A DNA stretch of 46,804 nt from Chrysochromulina tobinii. Lineage: Eukaryota. The stretch's first letter is position 1. Each line of letters starts with the position of its first letter. The notes beneath the pieces were generated by a model, which did no database searches, was not told where the DNA came from, and saw only the letters and a list, made by a program, of their open reading frames with translations. The position numbers were made by a program, and so were the translations under genes. Positions 10,628-21,299 of this stretch are shown piece after piece. Location of the stretch: contig JWZX01003358.1 of NCBI GenBank assembly GCA_001275005.1, positions 1 through 46,804 of the forward strand. The letters are read 5' to 3'.

Positions 10628-11863
10628 ATGTCCCATGACTCATCACGAACTTGGAGCCTCCTCGTGCACGCTGGCGCTGGCGAGCATTCGCGTGCCTCCG
10701 ATCGCGTTGAGGCGTATTGCAATGCCATGCGAGAGGCGTGCGATGCTGGCCGCGCTGCGCTCCTTGCGACCGATGGTGGCGCGATGGCCGCATGTGTGGC
10801 AGCGGTGGCATGCATGGAGGATGATGCAACGTGCAACGCGGGCCTGGGTTCGAATCTAACGGAGGACGGCACGGTCGAGTGTGATGCCTGCGTAATGGAC
10901 GGGGCCGAGGGCAGCAGCGGCGCTTGCGGCGCGGTCGCCGGTATACGCAACCCAGTACGGCTTGCAAGGGCGCTGCTCGACGCGCAGGCCTCGGGCGAGC
11001 TGACGCTCGGACGAGTACACCCGATGCTCCTCGTGGGCGAAGGCGCGCGTAAGTGGGCACAGGCGCACCCGGACGTCGATCTGGTCGAGCCAATATCGCT
11101 CGTCACTCCGCGAGCACGCGCGCAATGGAATGAGTATATGGTGTGGCTCCGAGAGGCCGAGGCTGAAGCGGAGGTCAAAGTCGAGGCGAAGGCAACGGTG
11201 GCGACCAGCAGTTCGACGGGCGGTGGCAAGCGCGAACGTGACTCGTCGGATGCCAGACTCGCTGAGTCGCTTCACGACACAGTGGGTGCGGTGTGCTGTG
11301 ACGGTACACACGTGGCTGCCGCGGTGAGCAGCGGCGGCATCTGGCTCAAGCACAGCGGGCGCGTTGGCGAGGCTGCAGTGTTTGGTGCGGGCTGCTGGGC
11401 GTGCGATGCGAGCGGCCACGGGGACGACGCGAGTGTCGCCACCTCAGTGAGCGGTGTCGGAGAACAAGTGATGCGGCGCCTGCTCGCGCGGGCGTCTTGC
11501 GAGGCACTGCGCCGCGGTTCGGATGGGCCGCCAGGGCGGCTCGCTAGTCTGGAGGCACTGAGCTCGGTGCTGCTGGACACCCCGCACGCCGACGGCCGTG
11601 CGAACGGATCGAGCACCATCTCAGCTGGCGTGATTGCGGTCCGGTGCGCGCCGTCGCGGGCGTCGGCGGCGCTGGATGCGATTCCCACTCACGAACTCCT
11701 CGTCGCGCACACCACGCCGTCGTTTGCAGTGGGCTTCGTCTCATCTGCCTTTGCTGTTGGGCGCCGCCCGTCGACGTACATCTCACGACGTCCGGAAGGC
11801 AGTTTGTCGAGCCCCACGGTGTTGCAGGTCGGCGCGTCACTATCATTTCACCCAAAGGAGTAG
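10628..11863 (+). CDS. TASP1: Taspase-1 (threonine aspartase), Ntn-hydrolase of the type-2 asparaginase family
   Basis: LVHAGAG, NAGLGSNLTEDGTVECDACVMDG, autocleavage site HD|TVGAV, and AAAVSSGGIWLKHSGRVGEAAVFGAGCWA. The SSGG/HxGRVG pattern is taspase-like. Likely start is ATG 10628. Confidence 0.88.
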   Translation: MSHDSSRTWSLLVHAGAGEHSRASDRVEAYCNAMREACDAGRAALLATDGGAMAACVAAVACMEDDATCNAGLGSNLTEDGTVECDACVMDGAEGSSGACGAVAGIRNPVRLARALLDAQASGELTLGRVHPMLLVGEGARKWAQAHPDVDLVEPISLVTPRARAQWNEYMVWLREAEAEAEVKVEAKATVATSSSTGGGKRERDSSDARLAESLHDTVGAVCCDGTHVAAAVSSGGIWLKHSGRVGEAAVFGAGCWACDASGHGDDASVATSVSGVGEQVMRRLLARASCEALRRGSDGPPGRLASLEALSSVLLDTPHADGRANGSSTISAGVIAVRCAPSRASAALDAIPTHELLVAHTTPSFAVGFVSSAFAVGRRPSTYISRRPEGSLSSPTVLQVGASLSFHPKE

Positions 11864-12188
11864 GGGGAGGTATGCTTTCTGGATTTTTCTGGATTCACAC
11901 ACAGTACACACAGACTATCCCCACCACCTGATTTGAACTGCGAGATCTGTACAACTCGGATGTGCGAACTAGATACTTGTGAAAACAAGGCTCAAGCGTG
12001 ACTCAAACGCGAAACGGACATGTTCGTATCACGCCGCTATGGGACCGCCTGCGAGACGGACGCCCTCATTGTGCCTCGTAGTACCGGTACCGGTGTCCCG
12101 GCTCCCCCCGGTGTCTTTTTACCGGTAACGTAGGGCGCCAAACTAATTCACAGAGGGTCGGGGGAGACGTGACCACACAACTTTCCTT

Positions 12189-14144
12189 ATGCTGCTCGGC
12201 ACTCCTCGGCTCAAGGCGCACTTCTTCCCCAAGTTCGACAATCAATCGGAGGGTGCAAGACTCAAGCACGACCCCAATTGTGTCGATGCCAAGTGCCTCG
12301 CCGTCACCAAGAAGCACAGTGGTCACCTCGTCATGGCGCCGCCCTTTTACTCAAAGAACGGCTGCGCAAACCGCTACTCACGCATGGGAGCCCTCCTTCT
12401 GCGCGCGCATTTTGTGGCCGTCTTCCCGGGTGCCGGTGACGAACGTTTCGCCGCCTGGTGGGCGCACGCCGAGGAGAACGGCCTGTGCTACTCGTTCGAG
12501 TGCGTCGTTCCCCGGATCCTGGGAGACCATGGCGCGACGCCCGAGGCTGCCTACATGGTGCTCACGTGCATCTCGCACACGGGCTCGGGCGGCACTTTCC
12601 TCTCGCCCGCACAGCTGCTCAAGCTCGCCACCGTCTGGCGGCTGCCCGTCAACGAGGTCACCTTTGTGCCATGGGCGCACGCGGGCGCCGTCGAGGACGC
12701 GCTGCACGCGGCACGCTGGACGATGCTCGACGCGGACGCGTCGGCGCTGCTAGCGGGGCAGGGCGTGCAGCAGCGCTTCCTCTCGCACGGTGAGACCCAG
12801 GGAAGCGTGCTCGAGGGATTCGTTCTCATGGCACTCGACGCGTCCACAGAGGAGCTCGCGCCGCTCGTGGCAGAATACTACGCGGCCACAGCGGGCGCTC
12901 GCGCGGCGGCGCTCGCGACGGCGCTCGAGTGGGGCGGCGCTTGTGTACGACGTGAGCCATGGGTTCTCGAGCTTCTCGACACCCCGATGACTGGACGCGA
13001 GCCCGAGCACATCGAGGGTACAGGTCAGCGAGGCCGCGGCGCAGGTCAGCAGGCGGTGTGGGTGTCCGCTTGCGAAGGCGATGAGTCCTCGCCGCTGTGC
13101 GCCCTCTTCCGCCGGCTCCAGGCAGTGTACGCGCACCGCGTCACGCTCAAGGCGTACAATTACAACGGCTACCGCCAGCTGCAAGTCGACGTAGGTGACG
13201 ACCAGATCTTCTTTGGATGGAAGATGCACATCGCACTTGGGGGCGTAGCGCCGCTCTACCGGGGCATGGTAGTGCAATACGACGGCTTCGAGCCCCCGCC
13301 TCTCGATGTGGTGATGGCCACGGCGGACGCGCATGCGTGGGGAGCGGACGTTGCGTTGAGCAAGGCAGTGCCGCCGACCTCGCTGCCAGGCGCGCGCGTG
13401 CTCGGCATCGCCAAGCTCAAGTGCCTCAACTATCTCATGCGCACTTTCGGAGTCCGCAACGTGTTGCCGATGCTGATTGACCGTGGAGCGGCCGCGTACG
13501 TGGCGGCGACCGAGCGCTTCCTCAAGATCTGGGGCGTGCCGACCGAGCACCACGAGCGCCTGCGCACCACCTTCTCCCAATGGGCGCGTGAGGTGGCTCT
13601 CCTCGGTGAGGGTGAGCGGCGCACGCTTCACAATGGCGAGTACCTCGAGTTGCTCGAACCATTTCTGAGGGGCGAGCGGCGCTCGGCGGCCGCGGCATCC
13701 TTTGGGCTCGAGAGATTCCTACTGCTCATCGTCAACCTGACTGGCGCCGCGCTCCCGCCGGAAATAGCCCGTGACTACGCGCCCGGTATGACGCCCTGCC
13801 GGATGCATGACGCGCAACAGCTCGCGCGCGCCGGTAGCGTGATGGTGCTCGAGCAGCCACCGAGCGGGCGGCAGTTCCAGGCGGCTGCGGGGACGCCGAC
13901 GCTCGTGCTGCTCTTTCCGCCACGCGCCGACGCCGAGACCAAATGGCACAAGATGTTGGCTGCGTGTGAGTCGCTCGTCATGCGTTTCCCAGAGCTGGTT
14001 GGGAGGGTCCTCGTCGCTCCCAGCGCCGACGAGTGGCGCGTGGCGGTGCAGGCGATGGCCGCGGCGCTGCCGCCGTCGCCATCTGAGATGCTCGCGGCAC
14101 ACATGGCCGCCGCTGTCGCTGCCGCGCAAGGCAGTGGCAGTGGA

Positions 14145-14182
<38 letters not shown>

Positions 14183-15359
14183 CGCTGCCGTCGCTGGCGC
14201 GCCGGCCGCGCCCGCTCCGCTGCCCGAGAGACTGATCCGCACGGTCGTCGTGCTGCTTGCGCTGCCGCCGGGCGGGGGCAAGAGCACCTTTTACGACGCG
14301 CTGCGCCGGGCAGGCGCGGCGGTTGCCTCGTCGGACGACGAGAGGGTGCGTGGGGGCAAGTTCGACTCTGTGCTCGCCTCGTTGCTTCAGAAGCATGAGC
14401 TAGTAGGGTACGACAAGAATGTGCCCAACGCCGACGGGCTCGCGAAGTTCTTCAAGGTACTCGGCTCGGTGGAAAACGAGCACCGGATTGCGGTGCGCGT
14501 GATTCCGGTCGTGCCCGCCTACCTCGACCACGATATCGCGTGGGCGCGCGTGGGGGCGCGCACCGCCTCGCACCACGCACTCAACATCCATACGATCGCG
14601 GGCGGCGAGAGCGAGGCATACAACGTGTTCAAGAACATCTTCTTCGACGCGTGCACCGCCTTCCAACCACAGGCGGCGCAGCTGCCCGGTGCAATCGTGT
14701 CGGACGCCTTCTGGGTGAGTATGGAGGCTACCCATGCGCTCGCAGCGCACGTGTGCGAGCAAGTGCCGCTGGCGACTCCGCTCGCGACCCTTCAAAGCTT
14801 TGTTGAGGGTGCTGCCATCGACGCCTCCGCCGGCGGCGGCAGCGGCGGCGGCGGCGGCGGCGGCGCGTGGGCATGTGCCGAGATCCCGGCGACCAAGCTG
14901 CATGTCACGCTCGTGCCGCCCGCAGGAGCCTTCGCGCATGATCGTGATGCTGAGCGTGAACGGGCGGCCGCGCTCCGCCGCCTCCGACCCCTCGCCAACA
15001 AGGGTGTCTGCGTGCACGTGCAGCGCTACATCCTGGCCAAGGCGAAGCCATTCGCAGCTGACCTGCCCTCGGCACGGGCCGGTGAGAAGCGCAGCGGCCC
15101 AGGCAGCACCACCGAGCGGCGCGTCGCCTTTTGGGAGGTGAGCGCAATCGATGGGCTTCCAGCGGCGCTCCAGTTCAAACTCCAGCAGGAGATCTACCAC
15201 GTGACTGACACGGCGTCGCTCGTCGGGTGCGCGCCGCGCGACGCGGCGGAGGTGCTCCGCGCCCTTCGCAGTGGGGATCTCTCTCCCGAGTGGGACGTGA
15301 CGAGCATCGGCCCGACGACGCCGGCCGAAGTCTTCGCGCAGGTGCGTATCGTGTCATAA
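12189..15359 (+). CDS. RNL: Plant-type trifunctional tRNA ligase (adenylyltransferase/ligase + polynucleotide kinase + 2',3'-cyclic phosphodiesterase); a short upstream exon is possible
   Basis: Ligase: FFPKFDN, VTKKHSGHL (motif I), SFECVVPRILGDHGATP, QGSVLEGFV, KLKCLNYLMRTFGVRN. Kinase: ALPPGGGKST and YDKNVPN. 2H phosphoesterase: LHVTL and YHVT. Order and wording match plant RNL motifs. Confidence 0.82.
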
Positions 15360-15499
15360 TCGGTGTCTTGAGTAACGCGGAGTAAAATGAAACAGTGCAG
15401 CTAGAAAGGTTTGCTTGGGCGTGAGCATGTACATGAGGATATGGGAAGCCTCTCGCCTTCACACTATCTCGCCTTCACACTCACGCATTCACGCCTACA

Positions 15500-17101
15500 A
15501 TGGTATCCTTCCTTTTGTGCGCCGACGTTCGGCACACATTGGGTGCGACCGAGTACGCGTGGCTCAGCTATTTGGCCTTTGCAGCAAGACTGCGCACCGA
15601 GCTAGCAGTACCTGTCACGGTTATTGTTTCGCCGAGTCTTGGAGGGCTTCAGATGAACATGACAGTGACGGTGACTTCACTCAATGCGCTGGAGCAGGCA
15701 ACGCGGCTAACGATACGCCTCGCGCCGTCGTCGAGTGAGTGCAACCACGAACATAACGACGTCCTTATCACGGATCGCGTCGTCGATCACTCCAGCGGAG
15801 CAGATGTCGAAGTCGTTCCCAAAGTTGCCATTTCACCATACACTACGTCACCGACTGTCCTCCGTGGCTTCCTTGAAGCCATTTGGCGCCATTTGCGCGT
15901 TTTGCGAGACGCACGGGCAGCGCCAGCCACAAGTGGCCGGAAGTTCCCCAATGCACGTCCCGTCGAGGCTCTGCCTCCTCAAGCCCGATCACCCCCGCGG
16001 CCCCGCACCACGAGCGGCCCACCGCTGCGCATCTCGCTGTCGCTCGTGCAGGCGACAGCTGGACCGCTCGCGCACGCTAGCGCCGTGCTGCATGACGAAG
16101 CGTTCGTGGTCATGCGAGCTCTGGAGATCGCTTCTCCGCCAGGCACGCTCGAAAACCGGGCTTCTTGCACGGACGTGGATCACCGTTGCGGCGCGTGGGT
16201 CCAATCCCACACATGGATCAAATCTTCTTTCATCAAAGCCCAAGCCCTCGCAGAGTTCTGCAAGCAATCCTCAATAGTCCAGGCGTGCCCGAACGCGTGC
16301 ATAAGAAAGCCCGCCGGCGCATGCGCGTCGCAATGTGCGTACGTCTTTCTCGGATTAGCCATGGGCGTCTACAGGATCAAGCTCTCGAGGACTCAAAAAG
16401 GCCTTCCACCCCTGCAGCTCCAGGCTGAGAAAGCCTTCGAGCAGCTCGCGAGCAATGTGAGCTGGCTTGTGAATCGGAGTGGGCTGCAATGTGCGAGGCT
16501 GAACGCCGTCTTCGAACCGGACGGCTCAGAGCAGCGAGCCCTCAGCCTGTTCGCGCGGCTTTCGCCCTCGCTCAATGTGACCATCGTCCGCAAGCACTCG
16601 TTTAAGGGCGCGACACACCAATGGCACGAGTTTGCGACTTTTGGCGGCGCTGGTGCACCCACGGCGGAGTTGGTCGAGAACCTTCGCGAGCGGCACGCGT
16701 CCTATACGAGCGCACTGCTGATTCTCCAGTCAGGCTCGTACTGGGCTGATTGGGTGCTCGCCAAGCGTACGGCTGAGGGCCGACCGAGCGTGATCCTCGC
16801 CAATGCCGCCTCTGCGCGGGGCACCGCCCAAACGCGCTCGTGCGGCGGTGCCCAGGGCAGTGCGCCGGGCCCTCAAGGTATCTGGCTTAGGGAGGCGTCT
16901 TGGTCTGCGACGAGTGTGCCTTCGGCTGCGTCGGCATGCGACGAGTGCGTCTTCTTCCGAGGGCATTGTGCGACACGCAACCGCTGGAATCCTCTGATGG
17001 GTAGGGAGATTGGGATGTGCGCGCACCGCTGGCAACAAGGCGTGACGCAGGGCAACCCGACGGGCAAGGGCATCCAAAAGGTGGCGGTCGTCGGTTGTTA
17101 A
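15500..17101 (+). CDS. Hypothetical Cys-rich protein
   Basis: 533-codon ATG-initiated ORF between two genes; no family recognised. Confidence 0.55.
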   Translation: MVSFLLCADVRHTLGATEYAWLSYLAFAARLRTELAVPVTVIVSPSLGGLQMNMTVTVTSLNALEQATRLTIRLAPSSSECNHEHNDVLITDRVVDHSSGADVEVVPKVAISPYTTSPTVLRGFLEAIWRHLRVLRDARAAPATSGRKFPNARPVEALPPQARSPPRPRTTSGPPLRISLSLVQATAGPLAHASAVLHDEAFVVMRALEIASPPGTLENRASCTDVDHRCGAWVQSHTWIKSSFIKAQALAEFCKQSSIVQACPNACIRKPAGACASQCAYVFLGLAMGVYRIKLSRTQKGLPPLQLQAEKAFEQLASNVSWLVNRSGLQCARLNAVFEPDGSEQRALSLFARLSPSLNVTIVRKHSFKGATHQWHEFATFGGAGAPTAELVENLRERHASYTSALLILQSGSYWADWVLAKRTAEGRPSVILANAASARGTAQTRSCGGAQGSAPGPQGIWLREASWSATSVPSAASACDECVFFRGHCATRNRWNPLMGREIGMCAHRWQQGVTQGNPTGKGIQKVAVVGC

Positions 17102-18093
17102 TTGCCATCGGAGTCGTTGGATGCACGGTGACATCACATTTGTACGATCGCGTCGAGGCGGCGGAAGTCGAGTGCATCCAGCACGGCAAGCACCGTCTCC
17201 ACCGCGTTCGCGCTCATCGTCAGCCCCACGCGCCACGGCCACACGGCGGGGCCGGAAGCGGGGTGTCTGGCGCGGTCGGCCTGTGAGCTGTGCCGGGCCG
17301 TGTATGCCGTGGAGTCGCAGTTCTCCGCGCTGCCGTGCACCCGACCGCACGGGCTCTCCTCTGCTGCATCTCGCACGTCCGATCTCTCCACACTCAGGGA
17401 CACACAGAGTGTCCATCAGTGTCCGCATTCATTGTAGATTGTTTGTCCTGTGCCCCGTATCCATGCCCGTATCACCTATAAGTAACTTAGCCATCAACTG
17501 GCCTACGCTATACCTCACATGGTCCATGCGCTATACGCGGTACTCGGACCTCGCGACGTCGACCGCCCACCGGGTCGGATGAGTCGATACGCGCGCGGGC
17601 GCGTCCACGGGCGCCCACGGGCCCCGGCGCGCGCGCGGGCACGTGTGACGTGACCCGCGCCCGCGGGCCGGGCGCCGCGCCGCGCCCCGCCGCCGAGCAC
17701 GGGCGAGTGGCCCGCCCGCTCTACGCTAGCAACCACGCTGTGACTAGAGCACTTTACTCGCATACTCGGACAGGACAATGGCTCGACACGACACACGACA
17801 CGACACTAAGATCGCGAATTAATCCGGAACATACGGTCGCGTCGCGCGCTGCGGTCCGCGTCCAGGCTTCCTTATAGCGCAGCACGGCACTCTACAGAGC
17901 AATATGTGTACGTATCCGCGATCGTGTGCAACGCGGCCACTCCGATCCGCCACTCCCCGATCCGCGTACTGATACGCGGGTCGCGGCGCGGTCCACTGCG
18001 CACACTGTGCGCAGCGCGGCAGGGCACACCTCCGGCCTCACGCCGCAGACGCAACGACGGCACCCAAAACGCGGTCACTCGCCGGCTGTGCCC

Positions 18094-19083
18094 CTACATC
18101 TCGCCCCGTCCGCGACCATCCGCCGAGAGTGCAAGCAGCTTCCTATCGAGCCATCGGTACCCTGCCTCGTACACAGCAAACATGATAGCGCCCGATGGAG
18201 CGTTGCTTGTGAAGCGCTCCAGAGCCCCGCGCCAAAGACCTCTCCAGCCAGCCGCCTTGATTGTCTCGCGCGTCACGTGCTGCATCGACGGGAACGGGTC
18301 CGCCGCGGTGGCGTACACCTTAGTCTGCATGCGCACCTTAATGCAGTCGAAAGGTGTCGCGAGTACCGCTGTGAGCCCTCCGCCCAGCCCGCCCGCGACC
18401 AGATGCGAGACCGTTGGGTGCTCGGTGACGAGGTCGTTGGCCACCTGCAGCAGAAAGCGGCGTGCTGCCTCGTATATCACAAAGTAGCCAGCCACGTACG
18501 TTGTGATGCCGCCCACTGCCGCCGGGTAGCCCCGCCACACGCCGCGCGCGCCCTCGGCATGCCAAGTAGCCAGGATACGTTCACGGATCGCGGCGGGCGT
18601 TGGCGTAAAGGGCTGCGGCTGTGCCTGGCCCGCGTGGGCAGCGGACGTGCCGGTGCCAACGGCCGAGAGCTGGAGCTGCTGTTCAATTATGTCGAATGGT
18701 GTTCGCAGTGCCACGGACACGAGAATCACCAATGGCCCTCCGAGGAGCGTCTTCATCGAAAAGCCCGCCTGGCTATCCTTACTGCCGCCCGTCTCCTTCT
18801 TGAGGACCTGATAGTACGTGAACGTCGCACCCGCGAGCGGCGCGGACCAAATCAGCCGCGGCGGCAGCCCACGCCACGCCCGTCGGCCATCCTCGCGAAT
18901 CACCGTGAAGAGAGCCGCAGGCAGCGAGCGCGTTTTGAGCGAGGTATCGTACTGAAGCCGCACCTTGAGCAGATCAAAGGGAGACTTGAACGACTCGGCG
19001 GCCACTCGTCCCGCGATGCCCGCAGCCACATGCGGAAGAAGGCTGCCCGACGAGGGCTCGTCGTTGGCATCGCTGCTTGCCAT
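18094..19083 (-). CDS. Mitochondrial carrier (SLC25), SAM-carrier or mitoferrin-like
   Basis: Signatures PFDLLKVRLQ, PFDIIEQQLQ and PFDCIKVRMQ; also WRGLPPRLIWSAP and WRGALERFTSNAPSGAIMFAVYE. Start 19083 or 19116. Confidence 0.88.
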   Translation of the reverse strand: MASSDANDEPSSGSLLPHVAAGIAGRVAAESFKSPFDLLKVRLQYDTSLKTRSLPAALFTVIREDGRRAWRGLPPRLIWSAPLAGATFTYYQVLKKETGGSKDSQAGFSMKTLLGGPLVILVSVALRTPFDIIEQQLQLSAVGTGTSAAHAGQAQPQPFTPTPAAIRERILATWHAEGARGVWRGYPAAVGGITTYVAGYFVIYEAARRFLLQVANDLVTEHPTVSHLVAGGLGGGLTAVLATPFDCIKVRMQTKVYATAADPFPSMQHVTRETIKAAGWRGLWRGALERFTSNAPSGAIMFAVYEAGYRWLDRKLLALSADGRGRGEM

Positions 19084-19422
19084 TCGAGTCCGGACGCGTG
19101 CGTTGCTTTCGTTCATGTCAACAGGAATCCAGGCACGGCAAGTCAATTCAAGTCAAGGCAAGTCAAGTCCATGCGTCCTGCACCTCGTACCATGCTGTCC
19201 AGTACTGTTTACTCCTCAAATGTTGTGACACGCAGACCAATTCTCAGTTCCGCACGTCAAAGTACCGGTAGGAATCGCCCTCGGAGAATTTTGCGGCCCT
19301 CGCGCGTCGCTCCCGGCGCCTCACACAAGCCCGCTGGATTTCTTTTAAGGATTTCTTCCACGCTTCGGTCCGTGCTGACGGCTGCCTGAGTGTATCCCAA
19401 AAGGCTACAGACGAATCTGTCG

Positions 19423-20675
19423 ATGGCCTCAAGGCGGAGCTATGTCCTTTGTTCGGGAAGCAGCCCGCTCGAGGCGAGTGCCTCGGAGTTGGCGCGATGC
19501 ATCTCTCGATTCGCTCAGGTGGAGGATGGCCTCGTCGGCAAGTGGCTAAGCAATCTAGCTGGTGATAGGCTCTTCTGCCGCAAGTCTTCGTCGGCGCTCA
19601 TCCTAGCCAACTGGCACTTTGAGGAGGCCAACCGCGGCCAAGGCAAAGCGACACGTGTGCTCGATCTCCTCGAACGCGACGTGCTCAGCGGAGAGCTCAA
19701 GCAAGTCATGTTCATCGAGGACGTGAGGAACGAGCGTTTCAACGCGTTCTTGACAAGGCGGCCAGGCTGGTCGAGCTGCGCGTCGGAGCCAACCTCAACC
19801 ATAGATGGTGGCATTGTTCGCTACTTGTATCACAATCAGCTTTCTGGCAGCTCACGCGTGTATTCCTACGGGCGTCCGAGTCGCTACACGGTGGGCGCAT
19901 CGGACATCTGCCATGGTGACTCGTTCGTGTACCATGATGTACCTCGTTCGTGAGTTTCTGATATGTGTATCTCTCGAACATTTATTTCGACAGCCGGACA
20001 CAGGTGTGGATTCACACGAACTCGAAAAACATGCTGGTGTCCCGAGTCGGGCTCTCGACGCTGCACGTGCACCGCATCACCTCATGGCACAGCGTAGCCA
20101 TGCAACAGAATGCCTCTCTCCTCGATGCCTTTCGCAGCTGGCAGCAAGAACTCTCAGATAAGCCCAGCACGGGTGCGCCTGGACTGTCCCGAGGAGGTGC
20201 TGTGGGTGGCCCGGGACGCCGTGCAGGTGCCCGTGGGATGCGCTTCGATACGCCTCATCAGCGAGGGCGCATGATCCGATGGAATGCACGCCCCGATATC
20301 CCTCGCCAGCTCCTTTTCAAAGATTTGGCCTTTCCGCTCTCAACGCTCCTGTTGGTGGCCAGCGGTGTGCAGAGATGTGCCCCATCTACTTTAGCCCCAT
20401 CTCAGCGCGTCTTTTCAGTGGGCCTCGCATCTCTCATGCTTTCCATGGGCCTCTCGCTTACGCCCGGTGACATCCGGCGCGCTCTACTCTCGCCGCGCTT
20501 CGCACTGCGATGGTGGTGCTGCAAATGTGCAGCACGTCTGCTTTGTTTTGTGGTCTGGCTTCGCTTCGTCTGGCTTTCGGCCATCGGTGCCGCCGCGAGC
20601 GTATTGCCTCGTGGCGACCTACTTGTGAGGAAACCCTCGGCTCAGGACGGTGACATGACAGCCCCGCGGGACTAA
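19423..20675 (+). CDS. Hypothetical protein with a GNAT-like motif; exons 19423-19949 and 19994 onward; 3' part runs into a BASS transporter fragment
   Basis: NRGQGKATRVLDLLE resembles the acetyl-CoA-binding motif A. A 44-nt GTGAGT...CGACAG intron (19950-19993) joins the two ORFs in frame (PRS|RTQVWIH). True 3' end uncertain. Confidence 0.45.
20325..20630 (+). pseudogene. Truncated or degenerate bile acid:sodium symporter (BASS/SLC10) N-terminal fragment
   Basis: FPLSTLLLVASG...FSVGLASLMLSMGLSLTPGDIRRALLSPR matches the BASS TM2 pattern (LMLSMGLTLTxxDFRR). Similarity fades afterwards and the remaining TM helices are not evident. Confidence 0.5.
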
Positions 20676-21299
20676 CCATACCTTGAGACCTCGAGAGACA
20701 CTGTACTACACGTAACACGACTCTTGTACCGTTCTACGCTTCTACCGTACCGTACCAAACCCGGCGGCCGGGGCGCAGCAATCGAAAAAAAAACACACGT
20801 GTTCGCGGTTAGCGTTGGCCGGTCCGCGGTCGAGTCTCGAGTGGGATCAGTGCGCTCAGCTCTCTACCCCCACCACCGATTGCATGTTTCCATTTATGTT
20901 GACTTATATTATATGTTATATGAAAATCTTTGACGTTCGTTTGACGGCATTGAGGCCGAGTAAAGAGCTTGTAACTAACGTTAATGGATACAATACGTCA
21001 CAACTCACTATGTCTGCTCGGTTATTGAACGTTGGCAAACGTGGACATCTTTAACGCCCGGCTTCTCACCGTGGGCGTGGCGCCGTCGCTTACGTCCGCG
21101 GCCTGGGACTTGCGCCCGCGCGTATTGAGCTCAGCATTGAGATGTGACACGCTGTATTGGGCCATACCTCCCAGCCGCCGGCCTCCAAATCCGCGTTCGC
21201 CATTCCATCGCTCAGGTTCGGGGTCTCGATTCGGGGGTGGGGTGGAGGTTGCCGCTCAGGGTGCACGCCACTTGCCCCAGCTCTCTCAGCGGGTGTAAC

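Noticed and set aside
17134..17403. Short minus-strand ORF ending AVETVLAVLDALDFRRLDAIVQM
   Set aside because: No clear start or recognisable domain; could be a gene remnant but is unsupported.
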